Source of the DNA: a virus
Taxonomy: Duplodnaviria; Caudoviricetes
DNA: 64,000 nt
Virus record (IMG/VR): IMGVR_UViG_3300013382_000007
Location: 32,001-96,000 of that record
Strand: one strand, 5' to 3'
Shown here: positions 49,585 to 60,349 of the stretch, piece by piece
Position numbering within the stretch: position 1 is the stretch's first letter
Layout of the letters: every line of letters starts with the position of its first letter
The notes under the pieces: model-generated
Databases searched by the model: none
What the model was told of the DNA's origin: nothing
What the model saw: the letters and a program-made list of their open reading frames with translations, nothing else
Program-made: the position numbers and the translations under genes

Positions 49585-52500
49585 ATGTCCGAAAATAAAT
49601 CGATTCTTTCATATTTATATAATCATAATTATAATGAAATAGATCCAAGTAATTTCGTGCTTCCCACTACGAAAGACTTCCATTCTACTGAATTACCATA
49701 TAAATTAGAACAACAATTAGAAGCTGGCAAAGATAACGACTTTACCAGAATGCTATATTTTATAGAGAAGCCGTATTCTGAATGTCCAGGATATTATGAT
49801 GAAGACAGAGTTATTATAGTCAAAGGTAAACCTAATCTTCGTGGTGAAGATATAGGTAAGTTCGATGCCGATACTATGTACTTCCCTGTCAGTGATTTGA
49901 ATGACAATAATGCTAAGATTTCTTATAATGGAAATCTTTTTACTGTCAAAGAGTATCTGCAATATTCAAGTGCGAATTTTGGAGATGCATCTGAAATTGG
50001 CGTCCGTTTTATTGGTATAAATGCACCTGAGACATTTAAGTATAAAATAGTACTTGCTACAGATTCTGGCATTCCTCAGAAAATAAAAATTGCTGAAATA
50101 GCAAAAGATTCAAAACATCAATATCTCTACGATACAGAGTCTGATGATTATAAAAATGATACTATGAAATTCTTCTATAAGAATATAGATGGTATGTATT
50201 ATTATTGTCAGGCTACTGAATATCCTGATTATTCTGTTCCTCATACAGATACTGACGGCTCTATATACTATACAACAGAGTTAGCTTATAAATATATTTA
50301 TAAATCTGCTGATGCTAATGGAAGCAAAATAAGCCATGAGATGGCGCAAAAAATGATTGAGCTTATAGGAGATAATGAATGTGTCCTTATGCTTGATCAT
50401 AATATGCTTAATTCTAAATCTGGCAGTTATCCCACTACTTATGATCAATATGATGATTCATTGCTTGGTACAATAAAAAGTACTATAGAGTCATTGAGCT
50501 CAGTAAACTCTGGCCCTAAATATTCTGGATTTTCTGGATTCGGGCAAGACGGTTATGGACGTTTTCTTGGATGTCTATATGTTAAAACTCTTATTCCTGG
50601 ACTACCAGAATCAATACAAAACAGTATCGGAGAACAATGGATTAATGTAACTAAATATCTCTTATACTTCTATGGGCCTGATGGAACTGTCAATCATGAT
50701 TTGAGTCTATCTTTTAATGAGTATTCTCCTACTCACGTAGCAAATTATAACTTTGCTTCCAGTGCCTTTAAGGTATGGACATATGATAATAGTAAGAAGC
50801 GTATAGAAGATATGCTTGATAATGCGTCTTTTGATAGTATTACAAGACAAAGAGAAATTCAGAAGCAGGTTTTAGGATTCGACTTTAATACACAGTTAAA
50901 AGACTGGACAGTTATGATTGGCGATTATGTTTTCTTAATCCCTCCCACTTCTATAAGATGCATGACTCGTAATAGTTCTGAAGCTGTGCCACTGATCAGA
51001 TCTCGTGGATCTGCAATTAAAGAGACTCCACAAAGCGAGCGAATGCTTGAAATGACTCTGTATTTTAATGATGAGTCGGGTATTAATGGAATTGAGATAG
51101 AAGTACCAGCTACAGAAGATGGCGAAGATCGCAGAATGGATGAGAATACTTTAGCTCCTACTGATGAGAAGCTTAAGTATTACATGAATGGTCTCAGAGC
51201 ACTTATATCTATGTTTAAGTTCTGCCCATTCCTTCCTATTACAAATGAATATATTAATAATACTCTCAATATAGAAGCAGTAGCTCTATCCAGTCTTTAT
51301 ATATCTACGGTTCCTAATTTTCCTAAGTGTATAGCTGCTACTATCCAACTTGTTGAATTTAATTATCATGCATATATGTCTGAGATTCCTCTTACCGGAG
51401 ATGAATCTGCTGAGACTATTATGTATAGTAATTTATTTGAAAAATGTATTGATTTTGATGCTCTGAGATACTATTATCAAAAACCTTTATATCGTGGCGA
51501 ACTAGCATCCAGATATTCATTTGACTCTCCAGAATACCTTAACCTAACATACGGTGGGCGCACCGCATTACAGCCTATGACATTTGATGATTCTTCTATT
51601 GAGTTTTATATGCCTGATAGTAATCATCTTAATACCTTACTTCAAGTTAAGATGGAGTCTATGAGCAGACCAATTAAATCACAATATAAAGTTACTGATG
51701 ATGTAAAAGCATGGGCTGCTGAACTTGGCAAATTATATCCAATATTACAAAATGCAAAATCAACTAAACAATATATTGATTTATATAACTTTATAAATTA
51801 TGGACCAACAGATAAAAATAAAAATCCAATATTTGACTCAGTTGCTGTAACTCGCGATAATGACTTTTTATTTACATTAGAAGATATTAACAAACATGAA
51901 CCGTCAGTCAAATATGAAGATCTCGCAAAAACGTGGGATCAATTGACTTATAGTTCTTACTATTCTGATATCTTTAATGAAGGTCTAAATCCTGATAATC
52001 CATATCAATTTTCTATAAATAACTCATATATAAAAAAATATTACATAGATTCTGGATTGAGATGGAAAACAGGAGACGGTTCATTATATTTTATCTATAT
52101 AAATTATATTGACATAATTCGTGATATTTTTGTTATGTATAATAATGATATTATAAATACATATACTTATACAGGCGAGTCGATAAATATCACAACAAGA
52201 CAAGGATTACAAACCAATAAAAACAATATAATTAATTTCTTAAAAAATATTTCTATTGATCTTGATAAAAATTATTCTAATTACTTCAATGATAATGGAG
52301 AATTCAAAATCGATTTATTTACATCAGTAGATTCTGATAATCATTTTGCATTTGATTTTGAAAATGCAGATTCCTACAAATTAATAGAATATTGTTTTAA
52401 TTATTATACTATTGGTTCAGAAGATAAAACTCAGTTTGAATTACCTTCAGATGTAATGCAAACTACTGTAAATAATATTAAAGAAGATATAGATCTTGAC

Positions 52501-55500
52501 ACAGAAAATTCGTTTAAGTTTATAAAATATCCAAATGAATCTATGCTACAAAGTCTTATCGTAACTAATATATCTGCTTCATTTAATAATAACCTCACAA
52601 GAACATATTTAAAAGCTATGGATGGTTATGCTCCACAGTACTTAGGTGGTCAAGATACTGTTATAGAATTATCTATGCAGACGCAAGATGATGCCGCTGT
52701 TGCTGCCATTAATCTACTTCCTAAATTGTGTTCTGAGTATATGCGCAATTATAGACTTATACTTTCATGTTGCCCATTACGAATCAATACAGCATTTACT
52801 AAGATGCTTGGTGTTAATGAAGTATTGATTGAAAGTGTAAATGTATCTACTGTAGAGAATCAACCTGGAGTATATCAGATAGATATGCGCCTTATTGCAA
52901 TGGATAGAACTGTACGTAATAAAGAGGCGTTAAAGCGCCTTGATATAAATAATGCTGGCGCTGAAACAATAAACTCTAGGCAAAGTTATACAACCAGAGA
53001 CTATTTTGGATTAAAAGAAAAAATATCTGCCGCAGAGATATATCCTGATCTTGAATTACCAACAATAGCAGAGCTTGATATTTATGGGTTTACATATATA
53101 AAATATAAGATATATGATACATATCGTATATATCCTGATCCTGATTTCTATTTTGTTTATGGCGCAGCCACTACTAATAAAACAATCCGTGACTCTGTAT
53201 TAGATAGTCTTGAAGAGAATTCAAATAATAGACCTACGACATTTACTATGGCTGATTATCTTGGTGGAGAATTAAGCGTCGATTTGACACAAGATGGTTC
53301 TGCTGAACAATTTAATGTTAATTCACGTAATCAGACTGCTACAGCAGAAGAAAATCTCGTATCTGAAAATCAAGATGCAATCAATAATTATAAAAATGAA
53401 ATTTATAATCTCAAGATTAAAAACGGCTCTGTATTTGAAACTATATATAATGGACAATCATTAAATACATTTCTTGACGCAAGTCATGGATTTTCTTCTG
53501 TTGATGATGTATATAGCTTTATCAATATAATTAGCAATCTAAAAAATGATAACTATTGGAACTTCTCATCAAAACAGAAATGTATTTTCAGAGGTAATCT
53601 AAAAACATCTAATTCCGAATATTTAGGCTTCTTTAATTATATATATAAATGCAATGACATTATTACATTTTTAACTCAAAACAATCCGGATTATAATTAT
53701 AACACATCTGACTATTTCTCGAAAATATGTAATAAAACAGATTTCAATTCTATAGATGAAACAATTGATAAAATTAATAATGCCAACAAATCCACGCTCT
53801 CTGCTACAAACAGCACATGTAGATCAAGAATAGATGGTGTTCTTAGAGAATGTTTTTTGGATGGTAATTTCCCAGATAATTCATCTTCTATATCTGAACC
53901 AACCATATTCTTTAAACCCAATACTTACAATACATATGGATCAACAAAAAATTATGTTAGCAATAATAGTGTCGATGATGTTGTTAAATCTATAAAGTCT
54001 ATAGCAGATGCTTTCACCGGTTTAAATCAGTATGTGGACATTGATGACAAGACTAAACCTGATGCTTGGCAATTCAATATGTTTTGTGGATCTGATGACA
54101 ATAAAAAGCCTATTTATTTATCAAAGAATAATAGCTGCAATACATTAAGCGATATTATAAATTCTTCATATTCGTTTGGGCCATTCCATATTAGACAATA
54201 TCCAGGCAATTATATTAAACAGCATTTTTATCTTGATAATGTAAATAATACAGAATCACAATACGCAAGACTTATAATGTCACTACAAGATGATAAGTAT
54301 TATTTTTTGAATCCAATTATAATGGATGCACAAATTAACTACTATTCAGACCCTTCTAATGTTGAAGCAAAAAAAATTATAGATGGATATAAACTTGGAT
54401 TATTATTTGATACAACTACAAATGCAATCGAAATAATTCTCAATCTTGCAATTTATTATCAATCATTAATTTATAATAATATACTGATTTCTGAAATTCA
54501 GTTGATTTGTGATGAGCTTGCTTCTACTGATCAGGCAGATACAATGAGTAGTATTGTTGATGAAAATCTGACTACTATATATGCATCTAAAGATTATTTA
54601 TCATTTAGTTATGAAAAGACAAACGAATGTACAGAAGAAATTTCTATCAAGAAAGATAATGTTGAGAAGTTATTCCAATTGCAATCCGAATATGAAGCTG
54701 CCATTGTTGGTAAATCAGATGATGAAATAAAGCAAATACAAAAATCTTTAGAAGCAGATGTTACATCATATTTAGATAGTGCAAAACAGGTTATTACCCA
54801 ATTTTTAAATACCTTACAAGATATATATTCTCAAATACATGCTGGCAATCTTCTTGCTGTCGAATCTTTATATATTAACGGTCTCGATAATAACATATAT
54901 AAATATGTAGAAAATAGAGACTATGATAAGCTTAATGATTTGTTTGTATCTTCTCAAATGCCTATTGCTTCTTCAGACAATATATTTTTATATAAGTACT
55001 TTTTATCATTAGCTGGTAGGGAGGTTATTAAATCAATAGAAGATCTAGGTTCTTCTGATTATGCTCCATCTGAAATAGCTAGTGGAATCATAGATGAAGT
55101 ATTCTATTTAAATCAAGTCAATGATCCATATACCTATACAAGAGATTCTTTCTATGATATGATAACAAATGATATGAGAGGTAGAATGGCGCGAGCATTC
55201 CCTGCATTCTATATGCTATTTGTTGATGAAGGTCGAGAAATAGGATTGTGGAAGCTCAATGACAATTTCTATAATATGTCTTCAATCAGTGAGATCACAA
55301 TAACTAAGTCAAGAAAAATAGCTGCTGATACTTGCACTATTCAAATGACTAATATGTTTAAGACATTCACCACTGATGATGAAGACGGCAAGGAAATGGC
55401 TTATGACCTTGAAACATTGTCTTCTATAGATAATAGTTTCCAAGACTTATGGGATTCTATATGGAGCCCCCGTAAGCTGTTTCTCAGAGAATATCAAGAG

Positions 55501-58500
55501 CGTATTGAGCAGAATCCGATAGAAAGAGCACAACTTAAGCCTGGTGTCAGAGTTCATGTGCGTATGGGTTATGGTGGCGATGCTTATTCCCTTCCTACCG
55601 TATTTAATGGAGTTGTTGCTCAAGTATCTACTGGTGAATTAGTTACTATCTTATGTCAAGGTGATGGTGTTGAACTCTCAAACCCTGTCAATGATGGAAT
55701 GAAATATTCTGATGATATCGAATCTTATGATGATTTCCCTATTATTGCAAAACAGATAGATGAATTCGTCTCAAGCGGTGCAACTCCAAAAACCATACTT
55801 ACTAAGTTCTTAACAACTAAAGGAACATGGGGACGTAAACTTATAAATACTATATCTTCTGGTAGATTCTTTAATGATAATCCATTTGGTATAACTCACT
55901 TTGGAGATCCTGATTATACAGATATATTTAACCTAAGTGAGTGTGCGCAAAACATTTATGAAGCATATAAAAGCCCTATGTTCAATAGTGGTGTAGAATC
56001 ATCTCTCACTCAAATGCAATATATGTACAATACAGACGATATTCCAAAAGTATCTACACAGATATCTGGAAAGTCATATTGGGATTTGATGCATGTTATG
56101 GCTGGAGTAGCTCCAGATTATATAGCCTCTGTAGCTCCATTTGGAATGAGAAGTACTATATTCTATGGATTGCCCCATTATTATTATGCTTATGAATATT
56201 ATAAGTCGAAAGATAATACTATCAAAGAAAAACGTAAGCCATTTCAACAGTATCATATTTATAGTTCATATAGTGATATCATAGAAAACAATATAACTAC
56301 TTCATCTGAATTCATGAAAACTAATGCTGTTGGTTTATATTCAGTTAGTGGTGCACTTGGTAATTTAACAGCTAAACGAGTTGGACCTGTATTTGCCGAT
56401 ATTGATATTTATTCTGAATATCAGAAATCAATGACTGTAGATACAACTTATGTCTCGAACTACAGTGGTTTGGGTGGTATTATAGGCAGTCTTATTCCAT
56501 TCGTAAATTCAATAAGAAATGATGCTGGTACTATCACTGGTACAGATAATGAGTCTATTGCATGGAGAATAACAGTAGCTGCTCTTAAAGATGCTGTTAA
56601 GGAAATGTATCAAGGTGAACTTATTACAATTGGAGATCCTTCTATCAAGCCATATGATGCTATATATCTGCATGATGTATATGAGAATATGCAAGGTGGA
56701 TGCGAAGTTGAAGCCGTAACTCATATACTCAATTCCCAAACCGGTTTCACATCAAGTATCTATGTTGATCCTATGGTAGATGTTGATAATAGATATTATC
56801 AAACTGCTCATATGCTTTCAAACTTTGTTTGTGGGCAATCAATTGGCGTATGGACTGCCGGACTTGTATTATCATTTTGTTTATCTCGCTCTACTCAGCC
56901 TGTTACTAAATTAGCTGGTAAATTATTAACTCGTGGCGTTGATGGTATGTCTACACAAGTCACTAATATACTTAATCTCCTTGATTTGAGTGATGATACT
57001 ACAGAGAAAATTGCCAACTTTATCAAAGGAACTAATATCTTAGGTACTTTAAATGCTACTTATCAGTATGAGAAAATAATTGATGCAGCAAAGATTCTTA
57101 AAGGTATCGATCTTAGTGGTCTTGCAAAGCTTGATAATGCTACAAAACTAACTCAGTATCTTAAGTGTATAGACCAGCTAAGTCAGCTTAATCTTGATGA
57201 TCTCTATACAATGGTTAGTAACAAGAAGACTTCTGATATATATTATAAGATTTATCAAGGACTTGCAGATGGTCTTAGTAATATGGAATCTACAAAGAAC
57301 TCTACAATCACCAATGCGATTATTGGATTATCTGAAAAATTCAGGCAGTCTGATGGGCTAAAAGAGCTCGCAAAAACCGATGCTAATGTAGCCGAATATC
57401 TTACACTGCTTGATAATATTGGATCTGCTGATTTTACAAAACCAGGAGTTACTCAAAAATATATTTCAGCAATCAACCAGCTTAAGACATTTAAAGAGGC
57501 TGATGATATAGGAGACTTTTTTGCCGGTTCTTCCGCTATTACAGATCTTGGTAAGGCATTTGATTCTATAGGCGACGGAGCTGAAGCTCTTGGTAAAGTT
57601 GCAAGCAACAGCGATGATATTACTAAAGCTCTTAATAAGACCTCGTTCCTTGTTACGAAAGGTAGCGTTGCTGCAACTATTGTTGGTCTTGTAGTTGAAT
57701 ATCTTGTCGAAGCAATCATAACTGGAACTGTTACAAATGCAATTACAAGATATCTTAGGAATCTTGAAGTATTAAGAATATATCCACTTATTAAAAATAA
57801 GAAAGTATATACTGCCGGACTCAGCGGTTCAAGAGGTTTGGTTGTAGGCTCATCTACATTTAATAAACAGGGTTGGTTCCAAAACTTTATTTCTGATTTC
57901 TTCAATAATAGTATATTCAGAGTTGTATCTTCTTTGATACTTCCAAATACAGATAATTGGTATCAGTATATTGATTCATGGAAACGCGACAATAATATGG
58001 CTCTATCTGATTCTGATGTCAATTATTCTAAATCTGTTGTTTTGAGCCATCTTAGTAAGGTTTCTGATGGTATGTCAAACTATGACGGTATACTTGCAAA
58101 CAGAATTACTCTTGAAAGAATCAAAACATTCAGTAATGACTCTGGAAGTAGATCAGAAATTGCTGATGCGCTTCAAGCTTTCTCCAATTACTATGTAAGT
58201 GACAAAGAATTTGAATACAATGGCAGACTTAATGAAATGAAAACACTTAAGGATCTTGCTTCATATCTTAAACAATCTAATGTTCCTGATGGAGTATTCT
58301 CATACTATCATTCAATACCAGAAAACGATCCAGAAGAAGTATCAGTTCATTATAACGATAGCATATTAACTTTAGAGTCTTATCATTCGCTGCCAAATTA
58401 TCCTGACTTAAATGACTATGCAATATTAAGCTGTGACTGTATTTGTATCCTTCATAATCTTATTCAATACTATTTGCCTAATCAGTATCCTAATTATATA

Positions 58501-58770
58501 ACTGATGATAATAAACAAATTAATATTTCAGTTGTAAATGCTCTTGTCCCCGGATATAGTAATTCATGGTTATCTACCGGATACCAATTTACTTTCTATA
58601 CAGAGAATATAGATCATGATACTTTAATAATGTTATTGGATCAAGAAAAGAAAGCATGCAACAATATCTTTGAATATGACTATACAGAAATGGCTGATGA
58701 TAATATATTGTATCGCATTACTGTTTATCCACCAAATACTAATAGTATAACGAATGGAGATAATGAGTAA
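49585..58770 (+). CDS. 3061-aa baseplate-hub-like protein with N-terminal staphylococcal-nuclease-like domain
   Basis: SNase motifs FDADT, VRFIGINAPET, DGYGRFLGCLYV; hub (gp27/gpD-like) motifs ADTCTIQMTN, LKPGVRVHVRMGYG..VFNGVV, IGDPSIKPYDAIYL..EVEAVTHIL..GFTSSI. Confidence 0.72.
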   Translation: MSENKSILSYLYNHNYNEIDPSNFVLPTTKDFHSTELPYKLEQQLEAGKDNDFTRMLYFIEKPYSECPGYYDEDRVIIVKGKPNLRGEDIGKFDADTMYFPVSDLNDNNAKISYNGNLFTVKEYLQYSSANFGDASEIGVRFIGINAPETFKYKIVLATDSGIPQKIKIAEIAKDSKHQYLYDTESDDYKNDTMKFFYKNIDGMYYYCQATEYPDYSVPHTDTDGSIYYTTELAYKYIYKSADANGSKISHEMAQKMIELIGDNECVLMLDHNMLNSKSGSYPTTYDQYDDSLLGTIKSTIESLSSVNSGPKYSGFSGFGQDGYGRFLGCLYVKTLIPGLPESIQNSIGEQWINVTKYLLYFYGPDGTVNHDLSLSFNEYSPTHVANYNFASSAFKVWTYDNSKKRIEDMLDNASFDSITRQREIQKQVLGFDFNTQLKDWTVMIGDYVFLIPPTSIRCMTRNSSEAVPLIRSRGSAIKETPQSERMLEMTLYFNDESGINGIEIEVPATEDGEDRRMDENTLAPTDEKLKYYMNGLRALISMFKFCPFLPITNEYINNTLNIEAVALSSLYISTVPNFPKCIAATIQLVEFNYHAYMSEIPLTGDESAETIMYSNLFEKCIDFDALRYYYQKPLYRGELASRYSFDSPEYLNLTYGGRTALQPMTFDDSSIEFYMPDSNHLNTLLQVKMESMSRPIKSQYKVTDDVKAWAAELGKLYPILQNAKSTKQYIDLYNFINYGPTDKNKNPIFDSVAVTRDNDFLFTLEDINKHEPSVKYEDLAKTWDQLTYSSYYSDIFNEGLNPDNPYQFSINNSYIKKYYIDSGLRWKTGDGSLYFIYINYIDIIRDIFVMYNNDIINTYTYTGESINITTRQGLQTNKNNIINFLKNISIDLDKNYSNYFNDNGEFKIDLFTSVDSDNHFAFDFENADSYKLIEYCFNYYTIGSEDKTQFELPSDVMQTTVNNIKEDIDLDTENSFKFIKYPNESMLQSLIVTNISASFNNNLTRTYLKAMDGYAPQYLGGQDTVIELSMQTQDDAAVAAINLLPKLCSEYMRNYRLILSCCPLRINTAFTKMLGVNEVLIESVNVSTVENQPGVYQIDMRLIAMDRTVRNKEALKRLDINNAGAETINSRQSYTTRDYFGLKEKISAAEIYPDLELPTIAELDIYGFTYIKYKIYDTYRIYPDPDFYFVYGAATTNKTIRDSVLDSLEENSNNRPTTFTMADYLGGELSVDLTQDGSAEQFNVNSRNQTATAEENLVSENQDAINNYKNEIYNLKIKNGSVFETIYNGQSLNTFLDASHGFSSVDDVYSFINIISNLKNDNYWNFSSKQKCIFRGNLKTSNSEYLGFFNYIYKCNDIITFLTQNNPDYNYNTSDYFSKICNKTDFNSIDETIDKINNANKSTLSATNSTCRSRIDGVLRECFLDGNFPDNSSSISEPTIFFKPNTYNTYGSTKNYVSNNSVDDVVKSIKSIADAFTGLNQYVDIDDKTKPDAWQFNMFCGSDDNKKPIYLSKNNSCNTLSDIINSSYSFGPFHIRQYPGNYIKQHFYLDNVNNTESQYARLIMSLQDDKYYFLNPIIMDAQINYYSDPSNVEAKKIIDGYKLGLLFDTTTNAIEIILNLAIYYQSLIYNNILISEIQLICDELASTDQADTMSSIVDENLTTIYASKDYLSFSYEKTNECTEEISIKKDNVEKLFQLQSEYEAAIVGKSDDEIKQIQKSLEADVTSYLDSAKQVITQFLNTLQDIYSQIHAGNLLAVESLYINGLDNNIYKYVENRDYDKLNDLFVSSQMPIASSDNIFLYKYFLSLAGREVIKSIEDLGSSDYAPSEIASGIIDEVFYLNQVNDPYTYTRDSFYDMITNDMRGRMARAFPAFYMLFVDEGREIGLWKLNDNFYNMSSISEITITKSRKIAADTCTIQMTNMFKTFTTDDEDGKEMAYDLETLSSIDNSFQDLWDSIWSPRKLFLREYQERIEQNPIERAQLKPGVRVHVRMGYGGDAYSLPTVFNGVVAQVSTGELVTILCQGDGVELSNPVNDGMKYSDDIESYDDFPIIAKQIDEFVSSGATPKTILTKFLTTKGTWGRKLINTISSGRFFNDNPFGITHFGDPDYTDIFNLSECAQNIYEAYKSPMFNSGVESSLTQMQYMYNTDDIPKVSTQISGKSYWDLMHVMAGVAPDYIASVAPFGMRSTIFYGLPHYYYAYEYYKSKDNTIKEKRKPFQQYHIYSSYSDIIENNITTSSEFMKTNAVGLYSVSGALGNLTAKRVGPVFADIDIYSEYQKSMTVDTTYVSNYSGLGGIIGSLIPFVNSIRNDAGTITGTDNESIAWRITVAALKDAVKEMYQGELITIGDPSIKPYDAIYLHDVYENMQGGCEVEAVTHILNSQTGFTSSIYVDPMVDVDNRYYQTAHMLSNFVCGQSIGVWTAGLVLSFCLSRSTQPVTKLAGKLLTRGVDGMSTQVTNILNLLDLSDDTTEKIANFIKGTNILGTLNATYQYEKIIDAAKILKGIDLSGLAKLDNATKLTQYLKCIDQLSQLNLDDLYTMVSNKKTSDIYYKIYQGLADGLSNMESTKNSTITNAIIGLSEKFRQSDGLKELAKTDANVAEYLTLLDNIGSADFTKPGVTQKYISAINQLKTFKEADDIGDFFAGSSAITDLGKAFDSIGDGAEALGKVASNSDDITKALNKTSFLVTKGSVAATIVGLVVEYLVEAIITGTVTNAITRYLRNLEVLRIYPLIKNKKVYTAGLSGSRGLVVGSSTFNKQGWFQNFISDFFNNSIFRVVSSLILPNTDNWYQYIDSWKRDNNMALSDSDVNYSKSVVLSHLSKVSDGMSNYDGILANRITLERIKTFSNDSGSRSEIADALQAFSNYYVSDKEFEYNGRLNEMKTLKDLASYLKQSNVPDGVFSYYHSIPENDPEEVSVHYNDSILTLESYHSLPNYPDLNDYAILSCDCICILHNLIQYYLPNQYPNYITDDNKQINISVVNALVPGYSNSWLSTGYQFTFYTENIDHDTLIMLLDQEKKACNNIFEYDYTEMADDNILYRITVYPPNTNSITNGDNE

Positions 58771-59144
58771 TGGCAAACAATTTCAGAGATAAGATCAGAG
58801 ATATATCCAATGACAATACAATAAATGTTGGATACTTTACTTGCACTGCATATGTCAGCGATGCTTCTGAAGTCTCTAATACATGTACAATCACATATAT
58901 TGACTCAAATGGAAATCAGAGAACTCAGAAAAATGTTCCTGTCAAAATCGGTACACCAAATGGTCTTATAGAATGGTTTCCCAGTAACGGAGACTATGTA
59001 ACGATAGAAGTGAAAAATGGCATCAGCCAAATTATTTCTCCTAGTGTAGATCATTATTTCAAAGAATTAAGACATTCAAGAGATACTGATAATAATATTC
59101 TGACAAATTACTTCAACTATACATTAGGCGGAACAATATTCTGA
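58770..59144 (+). CDS. Baseplate spike/gpV-like OB-fold protein
   Basis: NTCTITYID...NVPV...WFPSNGDYVTIE (PxxGDxV); follows the hub gene. Confidence 0.6.
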   Translation: MANNFRDKIRDISNDNTINVGYFTCTAYVSDASEVSNTCTITYIDSNGNQRTQKNVPVKIGTPNGLIEWFPSNGDYVTIEVKNGISQIISPSVDHYFKELRHSRDTDNNILTNYFNYTLGGTIF

Positions 59145-59153
59145 TTTAAAATT

Positions 59154-59190
59154 ATAAAGCGGCTGTTAATAATACAGTCGCTTTATCTTT
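59154..59190 (+). terminator. Intrinsic terminator
   Basis: ATAAAGCGGCTGT / ACAGTCGCTTTAT followed by CTTT. Confidence 0.7.
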
Positions 59191-59266
59191 GCTTTTAATT
59201 AGTATGTCGCATCTTGGTAATAATACAATAAAAGCCACAAATACAAGTAAAGGAAAATTACTATAA

Positions 59267-59815
59267 ATGCCTGATATATCTATAGAAGCATTATCAAAAA
59301 ACTTCCTTGATCAAGTCAAACGTGAGAGTAAAACTCCTAATAGACAAACCACTTCTGGTATTGTTTCAAATAACAATCAGTCCGCTGTAATTGTAGATGA
59401 CAGTGGTACTCAAAATATAATCAATAAAACTAATCAGTCAAAAACGAATCCAGAATCACAAACTCAGACTGATATATGTTATGAAAAAAATATTTGCACA
59501 AATAGAATCAATATTCAAACTGATGACATTACTATCAATCAGTGCAAGATAAATCCTCTTCTATATAATTCAAGCGGATTCGGAGATAATGGTTTATGTG
59601 TTCAAGGCGATTTAAATATGTATGGTACCGTCTTAGTTAAATGCTGGGACAGATCTTTACAAAAAGCAGTATTTATTCGGCGAAGGATACGCACTCCAAT
59701 CATGTATAATCAAATGACTCAACCTGATATAGATGAGCGACTTGGTATAGACGCTAATATACAATCTATTGATTCTATTGATTCTTCAAGTGACAAGGAA
59801 ACATCTGATACATGA
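59267..59815 (+). CDS. Baseplate-region hypothetical protein
   Basis: AAAGGA RBS; 182 aa; beta-rich. Confidence 0.7.
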   Translation: MPDISIEALSKNFLDQVKRESKTPNRQTTSGIVSNNNQSAVIVDDSGTQNIINKTNQSKTNPESQTQTDICYEKNICTNRINIQTDDITINQCKINPLLYNSSGFGDNGLCVQGDLNMYGTVLVKCWDRSLQKAVFIRRRIRTPIMYNQMTQPDIDERLGIDANIQSIDSIDSSSDKETSDT

Positions 59816-60339
59816 AAAATATAGATTTAGCAACCACAATCTCAGGAGACATATATTTTGAATCATCGTCAAAAAATAACTCTATTACATTATCTTATGA
59901 TTTAAAATTCAGCGATGACTTCAAACCATTATGTCTTTCATTTTATCATGAAAAGAATAAGATTCCAGATTTAACTGATTATTCATTAACTCTGAATCTT
60001 GACTATTATAATAGTATAGAAAAATACAAAGCAGTTTGTGTCAGTTCTGAAGATGTTACTAAAAAACGCATAGAATACATAATAAGAACAACACTTACAG
60101 ATTTAAAAGAGAATATCGATTTTGGATCTGATCTTGAATTATATATCCATAAGAATATAAGAGACAAGTCAGTTATAGCTGATATAGAAACTATTATATC
60201 TAAAGCTGTATCGTCAGTAGTTACTGCGCCGACAGTTAAAATTATCCCTAAAGTTAAGCTTATGAGTAATGGATACTTCCAAGGAATTTTAATTCAGGTG
60301 TATGATTTCAACGATCTGGTATTTGATTATCAACTTTAA
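59812..60339 (+). CDS. Baseplate wedge gp25/GPW-like protein
   Basis: IDLA..SGDI...RIEYIIRT..D...DFGSDLELY pattern; precedes the J-like gene. Confidence 0.7.
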   Translation: MKNIDLATTISGDIYFESSSKNNSITLSYDLKFSDDFKPLCLSFYHEKNKIPDLTDYSLTLNLDYYNSIEKYKAVCVSSEDVTKKRIEYIIRTTLTDLKENIDFGSDLELYIHKNIRDKSVIADIETIISKAVSSVVTAPTVKIIPKVKLMSNGYFQGILIQVYDFNDLVFDYQL

Positions 60340-60349
60340 ATGGTGACAC

